DNA from: an uncultured Coriobacteriaceae bacterium
GTDB taxonomy: Bacteria; Actinomycetota; Coriobacteriia; Coriobacteriales; Atopobiaceae
DNA length: 17,683 bases
Assembly (NCBI GenBank): GCA_902766445.1
Contig: CACXDP010000262.1
Location: 1 to 17,683 of the forward strand
Reading direction: 5' to 3'
Shown piece by piece: positions 8,711 through 15,566 of this stretch. The notes beneath the pieces are model-generated. The model made no database searches and was not told where the DNA came from. It saw nothing but the letters and a program-made list of their open reading frames with translations. Position numbers and translations under genes: made by a program. Numbering within the stretch: position 1 is the stretch's first letter; every line of letters starts with the position of its first letter.

Positions 8711-9448
8711 TCAGCTGCGCAGGGAGCGGCGCTGCGCTATGAGCATCAGCACCTCGTCCGCCTCGTCGCAGGCGACCTGCGCCTGGGCGACGCCAAGGTC
8801 CGGTGTCCTCGAAAGCGTCGCCACGAGACCATCAAGCCCTTGCGCAATTCTTTCCTCCAGACGAGCCGCCTCAGCCGTGTGTACGGGCGACGTGTAGCGC
8901 AGCTCCTCGGCGATGCGGTCTACGTATCCCACCAGCTTGGCATTGGCCTCCGACGACGTGTCGAGGCGCGAAGCGCGCAACGCGAGCTGCTCAGACGTCG
9001 CGCGCAGACGGTCTATGGACCCACGCGTGGCGGCCTCCTCGCGCCTCACGTCCTCAATGTGCTCCTCGGCAGCTCTCCCGAGGAAGCACCACATCAGCAG
9101 CACGAACGTCCCAACGAGTTGGGCCACCACCAGAAACTTGAGCGGTGGCGGATACATCGTGTTTGCAAGAACGATGTCGGTGATGGTCAGCGCCGCATAC
9201 AGGCTGACACCGCGCATCGCCATGCCCAACGACACGATGCGACCACCAGTGAGGCGTCCTATCGCGTCGGGTGCCAAGAGCGGAGCAAAGACTACGCCAT
9301 ACAGCGCGACGGCACTCACCGTCGTAAAGAGCGCCACCGACGAACCCTCCCGCCCATAGGGCAACAAGAGAAACAAACCCAGTACCAGCACAAAGAGACC
9401 AAAGACAAAGAGCGCGACTCCGAGCACCCCGAGACGACTTCGCGTCAT
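8711..9448 (-). CDS. Integral membrane protein (about 4 TM) with a C-terminal coiled-coil domain
   Basis: A strong RBS (GGAAGGAG) lies 5 nt upstream of the ATG at 9446-9448. The N-terminal hydrophobic helices are LGVLGVALFVFGLFVLVLGLFLLL, VALFTTVSAVALYGVVFAPLLA, VSLYAALTITDIVLA and FLVVAQLVGTFVLLMWCFL. They are followed by an Arg/Glu/Ala-rich helical tail. The gene lies 21 nt downstream of the SPFH gene stop. Confidence 0.75.
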   Translation of the reverse strand: MTRSRLGVLGVALFVFGLFVLVLGLFLLLPYGREGSSVALFTTVSAVALYGVVFAPLLAPDAIGRLTGGRIVSLGMAMRGVSLYAALTITDIVLANTMYPPPLKFLVVAQLVGTFVLLMWCFLGRAAEEHIEDVRREEAATRGSIDRLRATSEQLALRASRLDTSSEANAKLVGYVDRIAEELRYTSPVHTAEAARLEERIAQGLDGLVATLSRTPDLGVAQAQVACDEADEVLMLIAQRRSLRS

Positions 9449-9469
9449 GACGACTCCTTCCGCACGTTC

Positions 9470-10825
9470 CTACTGTCCAAGCTTCTTGCCACACTGCGGA
9501 CAGAACTTCGTCCCGGGCGGCACCTGCGCATGACAGCGCGGGCACTCGGTGTCGGCGCCCAAATTGCGCGCAGATGCGAGCTGCGCCCCACAGGTAACAC
9601 AGCGATGGGCGTTTGTCTGATTGTCGGAGCCGCACACCGGGCAGGGGTTGTATTCGTGGCCGCAGTTGGGGCAGAAGCGTGACGAAGCGTCAAAGGTCCT
9701 TCCGCAGTTCGCACAGAACACCTGCCGTCGCTGCGCACCGCCTCCCGAGGCGTACCCGCCACCCGCTACAGGCATCTGGTCGTTTCCCGGACCGGCACCG
9801 TAGCCGGCGCGACCTGCAACGAACCCGCGACTGCCGCCCATGTCGTTGGCATATCCACCTCGTCCTTGTTGGCCATAGCCTTCGGCCTGGCCGAAGCCGC
9901 CGAAGCCCATTGCGTCCTGCCGTCCATACCCTGGCCCAGCATTGAAGCCGTACTGACCAGGTTGCTGCATCATCCCGGCACCGAGGCCACCACCAGCTCC
10001 CCCACCGGAGAACATGCCTCCCATCATCGCCATGCCCAGGATTCCCATGTCAGACCCCGACTCCATCGCCGCGCGCGCCGTATCGAAAGACTGACGTTGC
10101 TGCCAGGTATAGCCCGCGATGTTTTGCGTACTACGGTCGGCAAGGGCTTCGGCAATCCTGCGCCCCGACTCCGAGGAGGTATCCACGTCGATAGAGGTGA
10201 TGTAAAAGCCCGTGAGCTCGAGGCCGTATTCGTCCCAGAATTCAGCCATCGGTTGGCTGATGAAGTTGCTCAGCTGGTCTAGCTGCATGGCAATCTGTGT
10301 GATGCCCACGCGATTGGCCGTCATGTACGACGCGATGACACTGTTTGTCTTTGACGTGAGCGGACCCATGAAGTGGTCCGTGAGATCTGACGCAGTGAAC
10401 TCGCGCATGGTGCCGATGAGCTTAACGAGGAACTTCTCCGCGTCACGCACCTTGACGCCGTAGCGACCAGTAGCGCAGATGGGCACCATGGCACCATAGT
10501 CGGGATCCATGATGCGCATGGAATTCGTGCGCCAGTCGATGGTAAGCGGCATGGCTTTGTTCACGAACCAGACCTCGGCAAAGAACGGATTCGTGCCACC
10601 AAACGGAATGCCATAGAGCTTGCGTAGAATGGGCAGGTTCTCAGTGGTAAGGCGATGCTTTCCGGGTCCGAACTTCCCCAGAATCTGCCCCTTCGAGAAG
10701 AATACCGCCTCCTGCGACTCACGCACGACAAGCTGCGTGGCCGTGCTGAGGTTGGACTCTGGATAGCGCCACGCATATACGTTGTTGCCGCGCGGCGACC
10801 ACTCGACGACATCAATGATGGCCAT
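9470..10825 (-). CDS. SPFH/band-7 (stomatin-prohibitin-flotillin) family protein, COG4260-like, with a Gly/Met/Gln-rich linker and a triple C-terminal zinc ribbon
   Basis: The start is revised to the ATG at 10823-10825 (MAIIDVVEW...), which is preceded by AAAGGGGAAG. The N-terminal domain shows the conserved SPFH/COG4260 block (NVYAWRYPESNLSTATQLVVRESQEAVFFSKGQILGKFGPGKHRLTTENLPIL...). A low-complexity GGMFSGGGAGGGLGAGMMQQPGQYGFNAGPGYG region follows. The C-terminus carries three CxxC...CxxC ribbons (CANC..CPNC, CPVC..CVTC, CPRC..CPQC). Confidence 0.85.
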   Translation of the reverse strand: MAIIDVVEWSPRGNNVYAWRYPESNLSTATQLVVRESQEAVFFSKGQILGKFGPGKHRLTTENLPILRKLYGIPFGGTNPFFAEVWFVNKAMPLTIDWRTNSMRIMDPDYGAMVPICATGRYGVKVRDAEKFLVKLIGTMREFTASDLTDHFMGPLTSKTNSVIASYMTANRVGITQIAMQLDQLSNFISQPMAEFWDEYGLELTGFYITSIDVDTSSESGRRIAEALADRSTQNIAGYTWQQRQSFDTARAAMESGSDMGILGMAMMGGMFSGGGAGGGLGAGMMQQPGQYGFNAGPGYGRQDAMGFGGFGQAEGYGQQGRGGYANDMGGSRGFVAGRAGYGAGPGNDQMPVAGGGYASGGGAQRRQVFCANCGRTFDASSRFCPNCGHEYNPCPVCGSDNQTNAHRCVTCGAQLASARNLGADTECPRCHAQVPPGTKFCPQCGKKLGQ

Positions 10826-10865
10826 GTCTTCCCCTTTCCAGCGAGTGACGACTGCCTGCCTCTTC

Positions 10866-10874
10866 GTGCACTCC
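10866..10874 (-). promoter_or_regulatory. Candidate extended -10 element (TGcTACAAT on the minus strand) about 35 nt upstream of the SPFH start
   Basis: The minus-strand reading ...gtactgcTACAATgggag... corresponds to plus-strand attgtagca at 10866-10874. No convincing -35 is present, consistent with an extended -10 promoter. It would drive the minus-strand gene string. Confidence 0.25.
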
Positions 10875-11100
10875 CATTGTAGCAGTACGCACGCCATCCG
10901 TTTTGCATATGACGTTAACGGAGAACGTGCAGTATCTGTGCCACTCGACCTTGTCTGAAAGGCACGTCGTGGGGCGAATAGAGCGCTCCTAGCCTCCCGA
11001 TACCACTACCCACCTGAGAAGCGTCCTCCTTGACCGCCTTCGATATGGTTCAGCTGCAGCTGGCAGCCCTCCATTCCCCGCTGGCCTCATCTGATAGTGA

Positions 11101-11129
11101 TTGCGATTGTTGCTAGGACGAAGTATGAT
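11101..11129 (+). promoter_or_regulatory. Candidate sigma70-like promoter for the toxin-antitoxin pair (-35 TTGCGA, 17-nt spacer, -10 TATGAT)
   Basis: TTGCGA is at 11101-11106 and TATGAT at 11124-11129, about 38 nt upstream of the TTG start at 11168. A GAAGG RBS lies in between. Confidence 0.35.
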
Positions 11130-11167
11130 ATTCAAAAAGTATCGTTTGGACATCTAGAAGGTATACG

Positions 11168-11434
11168 TTGGATGAATTAGTTGAAATCGGTTGGTCGGCA
11201 TTCAAGCACGACCTCTCCGAGGAGGACATACTCCATGCCTGGCGCTACGCATTTGCCGAACTTCGCGACACCCGCGAAGGAAGCGTGCACCTTGCGGTGG
11301 GTCCCGACGGAAGCGGCAGGCTGGTCGAGGTGATTGCCGAACGTCGTCCTGACGGTTCATGGTATCTCTTCCACGCAATGACACCACCGACGAGGAACGT
11401 CCTCAGGTTCTTGGGATTGGAGGCACACAGATGA
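11168..11434 (+). CDS. BrnT-like (DUF497-type) ribonuclease toxin of a type II TA pair
   Basis: The 88-aa protein has a TTG start. Its N-terminal W..FKHDLSEEDILHAW block resembles the BrnT W..K..KHGVSFEEA block. The C-terminal GRLVEVIAERRPDGSWYLFHAMTPPTRNVLRFLG resembles the BrnT GR.LVVV...R.D..RIISARKAT..ER..Y core. Its TGA stop overlaps the downstream ATG (ATGA). Confidence 0.5.
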   Translation: MDELVEIGWSAFKHDLSEEDILHAWRYAFAELRDTREGSVHLAVGPDGSGRLVEVIAERRPDGSWYLFHAMTPPTRNVLRFLGLEAHR

Positions 11435-11682
11435 CCGAAGAGCAGATTGCGAGCTACATTGAGCGTGCAGAGCGAGACGAGCTCGACTTGGCTTCGTGGG
11501 AGCCGGTTGCGGTCGTTCGCGGAGACGAGGTAAGACAGCAACCCAGAGTGGTGAACATCTCCCTGCCAGACTGGCTCGTGCGCAACCTTGACGCAGAGGC
11601 GAGCAGGCGCAACGTAACGAGAAAGGATCTCATCAACACCATACTGGTCAAGGCAGCCGACTCGCGGTACTCATTCGCGTGA
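11431..11682 (+). CDS. BrnA-like antitoxin (ribbon-helix-helix/CopG-type C-terminal domain)
   Basis: The start is revised to the ATG at 11431-11433 (MTEEQIASYIERAERDELDL...), which is preceded by GGAGG and overlaps the toxin stop. The C-terminal VNISLPDWLVRNLDAEASRRNVTRKDLINTILVKA matches the BrnA/RHH pattern of a beta-strand followed by two helices. Confidence 0.5.
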   Translation: MTEEQIASYIERAERDELDLASWEPVAVVRGDEVRQQPRVVNISLPDWLVRNLDAEASRRNVTRKDLINTILVKAADSRYSFA

Positions 11683-11718
11683 TGCAGTTACACAGGTGCT
11701 AAGCACGCCGCCTCAAGC

Positions 11719-11765
11719 TGAGCCTCCCGACCCCTTGCCATGGCAGAAGAAGGTCGGGAGGCTCA
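11719..11765. terminator. Strong stem-loop between convergent genes (14-bp perfect stem, 19-nt loop), a likely bidirectional terminator
   Basis: tgagcctcccgacc at 11719-11732 pairs with ggtcgggaggctca at 11752-11765. The loop contains the palindrome gccatggc. No U-tract is present, which is common for high-GC actinobacterial terminators. Confidence 0.35.
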
Positions 11766-11801
11766 ATGCGTGCGTTGCGCCATATGTTCTCGGCTGTAAA
11801 A

Positions 11802-13478
11802 CTACCTGCGCGTGCCGAAGATGCCGCGTAGAATCTGCCTGCTCGCCTCGCGCCCAATGGTACCCACCACGCTGGTGACCACGGTGTTCGTCACGCGGTC
11901 GCGGGCGCGCTTGGCCTCTGCCTCCTTGCGCTCGGCTTCCTTCTCGGCCTTGAGGCGCAGGCGATCCGCCTCCTTCTCGGCTTTCAAGCGCAGACGCTCC
12001 TCTTCCTTCTCGGCTTTCAGGCGCAGCCTCTCGGCCTCTCTGGCCTCGGCAGCGGCCCTTGCAGCGGCCTCCCTATCGGCCTTTGCGGCGGCAGCAGCTT
12101 CCTCCTTGGCCTTTTGCGCCTCGAACGCAGCCTTCTCCTTCTCGAACGCCGCGCGCTCGGCAGCAAGGCGGGCAGCTTCGCTAGCCTCGGCACGCTCTTG
12201 TTCGATGAGCTCGTAGGCGCTCTCGCGGTCATAGGCCTCCTCGTACTTGTTCATGAGCTCGTACTCGTTGGCGATGACGGTGCTTACGATGCCCGCGTCT
12301 GCAGCAGCCATGCGGCACCCAGGGAAGAGCACCTTTGCGCGTTCCACGATGGACGGCTTTCCACTCGCATCGAGGAAGCTCACGAGCGCCTCACCCGTCG
12401 CGACGTCCTGCAGGGCCTGCACGGTGTCGAAGGCAGGATTGGTACGGAAGCTTGCCGCAGCAGCTTTGACTGCGCGCTGCTCGGCCGGAGTGTAGGCGCG
12501 AAGCCCGTGCTGCACGCGGTTGGAGAGCTGGGCCAGCACCTCACCGGGCACATCGGCAGGCGACTGCGTGATGAAGTACACGCCCACGCCCTTGGAGCGA
12601 ATGAGCTTGACGACCTGCACGACCTTGTCGGTGAGCGACTTGGGCATGCCGTTGAAGAGCAGGTGAGCCTCGTCAAAGAAGAACACGAACTTCGGCTTAT
12701 CAGGGTCTCCCACCTCGGGCAAACGCTCAAAGAGCGTCGAGAGCATCCAAAGCAGGAACATCGAGTACACGAGCGGGGTGTTGATGAGACGCGACGCGTT
12801 GAGGATGTTCACATAGCCGCGACCGTTTGCATCGCAGTCAAACCAATCCATGATGTCGAGGTTCGGCTCGCCAAAGAAGATATCACCACCCTGATCCTCC
12901 ACCGCGATGAGCGCGCGCTGAATGGCGCCCACCGACTGGCTGGAGACACGGCCATAGGTAATCTCGTACTCCTTGGAGTGGTCAGCCACGTAGGTGAGCA
13001 TGGCGCGCAGGTCCTTGAGGTCGATCAGCAGCATCTGCAGGTCGTCCGCCACGCGAAAGACGATGTTGAGCACGCCCTTCTGCACCTCGGTGAGGCCCAG
13101 AAGTCGACCCAGCAGCTCAGGCCCCATGTCGGAGATCGTCACGCGCACCGGTATGCCCGCGTCGCCGAGCATGTCCCATATGCGACACGGCGTGCCTTGG
13201 AAGGCGAACTCACGCTCGTCGATGCCAAAGGCCTCCATACGCGTACGCAGCGCGTCCGTGAACTCGCCCGCCTGCGCCATGCCCGTGACGTCGCCCTTGA
13301 CGTCAGCCATAAAGACGGGCACGCCCGCGTCGGAGAAGCCCTCGGCCATGACCTTGAGCGTCACCGTCTTGCCCGTACCTGTGGCGCCTGCAATGAGGCC
13401 GTGTCTGTTTGCTTTGTTGAGCAGCAGGTAGCAGGGGTTGTCACCCTGCGCCATCCAGATGCGATCGTCCTTGAGCAT
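11802..13478 (-). CDS. HerA-like / DUF853-family P-loop ATPase (YjgR-like) with a charged coiled C-terminal repeat region
   Basis: The start is revised to the ATG at 13476-13478 (MLKDDRIWMAQGDNPCYLLLNKANRHGLIAGATGTGKTV...), which is preceded by GAAAGGA. A Walker A motif GATGTGKT is present. A Walker B-like FVFFFDEAHLLF is also present. The C-terminus ...ILRGIFGTRR is typical of DUF853 proteins. Confidence 0.8.
   Translation of the reverse strand: MLKDDRIWMAQGDNPCYLLLNKANRHGLIAGATGTGKTVTLKVMAEGFSDAGVPVFMADVKGDVTGMAQAGEFTDALRTRMEAFGIDEREFAFQGTPCRIWDMLGDAGIPVRVTISDMGPELLGRLLGLTEVQKGVLNIVFRVADDLQMLLIDLKDLRAMLTYVADHSKEYEITYGRVSSQSVGAIQRALIAVEDQGGDIFFGEPNLDIMDWFDCDANGRGYVNILNASRLINTPLVYSMFLLWMLSTLFERLPEVGDPDKPKFVFFFDEAHLLFNGMPKSLTDKVVQVVKLIRSKGVGVYFITQSPADVPGEVLAQLSNRVQHGLRAYTPAEQRAVKAAAASFRTNPAFDTVQALQDVATGEALVSFLDASGKPSIVERAKVLFPGCRMAAADAGIVSTVIANEYELMNKYEEAYDRESAYELIEQERAEASEAARLAAERAAFEKEKAAFEAQKAKEEAAAAAKADREAAARAAAEAREAERLRLKAEKEEERLRLKAEKEADRLRLKAEKEAERKEAEAKRARDRVTNTVVTSVVGTIGREASRQILRGIFGTRR
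11940..12038 (-). repeat. In-frame tandem repeat, 3 x 33 bp, encoding RLRLKAEKExx x3 inside the ATPase C-terminal region
   Basis: The units are at 11940-11972, 11973-12005 and 12006-12038 (cttctcggcYttSaRgcgcag...). A degenerate fourth copy sits immediately upstream at about 11907-11939. Confidence 0.8.
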
Positions 13479-13534
13479 GGGAGTCCTTTCGCCGTGGTTG
13501 CATGCAACGCTCATTGTAGCAATTGAGACATAGG

Positions 13535-13592
13535 GATTCGGGGGACAGTCCCCTGATTCCCCGACGGGAATCAGGGGACTGTCCCCCGAATC
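13535..13592. repeat. Near-perfect inverted repeat (27-nt arms, 4-nt spacer) overlapping the rsmI stop codon and the rsmI/ATPase intergenic region
   Basis: gattcgggggacagtcccctgattccc at 13535-13561 is the reverse complement of gggaatcaggggactgtcccccgaatc at 13566-13592. Each arm also contains its own GGGGGAC.GTCCCCC sub-palindrome. The last 7 codons and the TGA of rsmI lie within the right arm. Confidence 0.85.
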
Positions 13593-14458
13593 ACCAAGTC
13601 GTACACCTCGGAGCGCGACATCGAGAACTCCTGAGCCAAGCGTTTCGCAAGACGACTCTTTGACTCGCCCGAGGCCAGCCCTTCGGCAATCGCATCCTCA
13701 AGTGACCGCGATCCCGCTGTGGGATTGTGGTCACTTGACCACAATCCCACAGCGGGATCGCGGTCATCCTTGCGCGGGCCTTCGACCACAATTACGCACT
13801 CGCCGCGTAGCTCCGGCCTTTCCGCCACCCGACGTGCCAACTCCGGAGCCACGTCGCGCACGACCTCCTCATGCAGTTTGGTAAGCTCGCGCACAAGCGC
13901 CGCACGCCGCGCGGGCATGACCTCGGCCACTGAAGCCAGCGTCGCCGCCACTCGATGCGGTGACTCATAGAAAACGAGCGCCCCCGGCACGAACGCCAAC
14001 TCGCGTAGACGTCGCTCCCGAGCCCCTGACTTGCGCGGTAGGAACCCCTCAAAGAAGAAATGCTCCATAGGAAGTCCCGACGCGACAAGCGCGCAGGTCA
14101 CGGCACTCGGCCCCGGAATCACCTCCACGGGCAAACCCCGTTCGAGCGCCTCGTCCACCAGCTGTTGCCCCGGATCGGAGATTCCCGGCATGCCGGCATC
14201 GGAGACGAACGCCACGCGCTCGCCCAACTCCACACGCTCCATCACGCCCGCGATGCGCGATGCGATGACGTTCTGGTCGCAGCGTACGAGCGACACACGG
14301 ATGTCGAAGCGAGCGAGCAGTCTCGACGTGACGCGTGTGTCTTCGCAGAGCAGCACGTCTGCCCGCCGCAAGGTATCGAGCACACGAGGGGAAGCATCGT
14401 CGAGATTGCCAATGGGCGTGCCCACCATCGAGAGCATACCCGAACCTGCCGCACTCAC
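13571..14458 (-). CDS. rsmI: 16S rRNA (cytidine1402-2'-O)-methyltransferase RsmI (tetrapyrrole-methylase fold)
   Basis: The N-terminal GTPIGNLDDASPRVLDTLRRADVLLCEDTRVT matches the RsmI signature (PTPIGNL...EDTRHT in E. coli). The overall length and order of blocks are as in E. coli RsmI. The start overlaps the upstream gene stop by 4 bp. A palindrome-encoded insertion of about 21 aa is in the C-terminal linker. Confidence 0.8.
   Translation of the reverse strand: MSAAGSGMLSMVGTPIGNLDDASPRVLDTLRRADVLLCEDTRVTSRLLARFDIRVSLVRCDQNVIASRIAGVMERVELGERVAFVSDAGMPGISDPGQQLVDEALERGLPVEVIPGPSAVTCALVASGLPMEHFFFEGFLPRKSGARERRLRELAFVPGALVFYESPHRVAATLASVAEVMPARRAALVRELTKLHEEVVRDVAPELARRVAERPELRGECVIVVEGPRKDDRDPAVGLWSSDHNPTAGSRSLEDAIAEGLASGESKSRLAKRLAQEFSMSRSEVYDLVIRGTVP
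13704..13766. repeat. Perfect 63-bp palindrome (30-nt arms, 3-nt spacer) located inside the rsmI coding sequence and translated in frame
   Basis: gaccgcgatcccgctgtgggattgtggtca at 13704-13733 is the exact reverse complement of tgaccacaatcccacagcgggatcgcggtc at 13737-13766. The spacer is ctt at 13734-13736. The element encodes DDRDPAVGLWSSDHNPTAGSRS in RsmI. The ORF track shows mirror-image ORFs on both strands, as expected for a palindrome. Confidence 0.9.
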
Positions 14459-15492
14459 TTGAGCATGCTCCGCTCAAAGCTGGAGAGGGCAACGCGCGAA
14501 TCCCAGCCCGAGAGATGCCCGCTCGTCTTCCACGTCTGAAAGAACCACGCCGGCAAGCCTTCGAACGCAGCGATTTGCTCCGCGCAGTACACGCGCTCGA
14601 GGGCAATGCGTCCCTCAGGCGTCATGAGCGAGTCCGCAAAGGGCAGCGCAGCCGACCAAGCGCCCACCATGACGGGCAGGCCAGTACGCATGGCGCGAGC
14701 AAGCGTCTTTCGCGAACGGGAAATCAGGGTCGCCGCGCCAGCGGGACCGGTGGCATCGATCTGATCGTCATAGTGATACAGGTGGCAATCAAGCCACACA
14801 CCACTATACTTGCGGGTCGCCCCAAACACGCTCCATGCCTTTGGCTGATTGGCATCCGGCAGCACCACGCATGGTCCCTCCCCCGCCGCCTTGCGAATCA
14901 CATCGTATGCCTCACGATAATAGTTGCGCAGCGAATGCAGTGGCACCCCGTCCGAGATGCTGATTAGCCTCTTACGACGCTGCAGAACCGGCTCTTGGGC
15001 AACCTCAATGCCAAACAACGCCGATTCCTGCGCGTAACGAGCGGCAAGGGCGCCCAGAACGGACAGCATGTCCGCGCGATGCCCGCGCCCCGTTGTCAAG
15101 AGCACGTCTTCCTCGCCCCGGGCGCCAGGATTGATTGCCAAGACAAGCAGGACACGCAAGCCGTTGGCCGTTGCCCATGCGAAGGCGTCATCCACCTGTT
15201 CGATGCAACCAACGTAACGTCCCGGGTTTGGCCCTTCCTCGCCGAGCACGTACCACGGTACGGGAAGGCGCACAGCGTTGAATCCCCTGCGTGCGATGAG
15301 CTTGAAATCCGTCTCGGTAACGAAGCTCGAACGATGGTTGCTGATGAGCTCGCGATAGAGGTCATCTCCGAGGACGTCCACGAGGTTTTGTTCCCCCAAG
15401 GATCCCGTCCCCGCAAAAAGCTCAGGTGTCACCCATTGCTCGAGACCGAGCCATCCAGCTAGATTCACGCCATGCAGAGCTTCTGTGGCCAT
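14455..15492 (-). CDS. Glycoside hydrolase family 5 homologue (exo-1,3-beta-glucanase-like), no signal peptide, possibly catalytically degenerate
   Basis: The N-terminal GVNLAGWLGLEQWVTPELF...FVTETDFKLIARRGFNAVRLPVPWY closely follows the GH5 exoglucanase pattern GVNLGGW.VLE.WM.PSLF...ITE.DF..I...G.N.VRIP. There is no N-terminal hydrophobic signal sequence. Confidence 0.7.
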   Translation of the reverse strand: MATEALHGVNLAGWLGLEQWVTPELFAGTGSLGEQNLVDVLGDDLYRELISNHRSSFVTETDFKLIARRGFNAVRLPVPWYVLGEEGPNPGRYVGCIEQVDDAFAWATANGLRVLLVLAINPGARGEEDVLLTTGRGHRADMLSVLGALAARYAQESALFGIEVAQEPVLQRRKRLISISDGVPLHSLRNYYREAYDVIRKAAGEGPCVVLPDANQPKAWSVFGATRKYSGVWLDCHLYHYDDQIDATGPAGAATLISRSRKTLARAMRTGLPVMVGAWSAALPFADSLMTPEGRIALERVYCAEQIAAFEGLPAWFFQTWKTSGHLSGWDSRVALSSFERSMLK

Positions 15493-15566
15493 ATGCGTCC
15501 CCTCTCGTCGGCGCCACCTACCAGTATAGACCTCAGACGGGACGGAATGACGTTCGTTTCAGCAAC

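Noticed and set aside
8609-9682. 357-aa plus-strand ORF, and the 193-aa minus ORF at 9054..9635, overlapping the membrane-protein and SPFH genes
   Set aside because: These are overlapping or antisense frames of strongly supported genes. They are open only because of GC-rich codon structure.
11940-12038. A tandem-repeat array considered as a possible CRISPR or minisatellite
   Set aside because: The repeats are directly adjacent with no spacers, the unit is 33 bp, and they are in frame within a CDS. This is a coding repeat, not a CRISPR array.
12114-13526. 470-aa plus-strand ORF antisense to the HerA-like ATPase
   Set aside because: The minus-strand frame carries Walker A/B motifs and the DUF853 C-terminus. 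The plus frame has none and is a shadow ORF.
13591-13884. Mirror-image small ORFs (13591..13791 minus and 13660..13884 plus) encoding near-identical peptides (..TAIPLWDCG..TTIPQRDRGH..)
   Set aside because: These are artefacts of translating the perfect palindrome at 13704-13766 on both strands. They are not independent genes.
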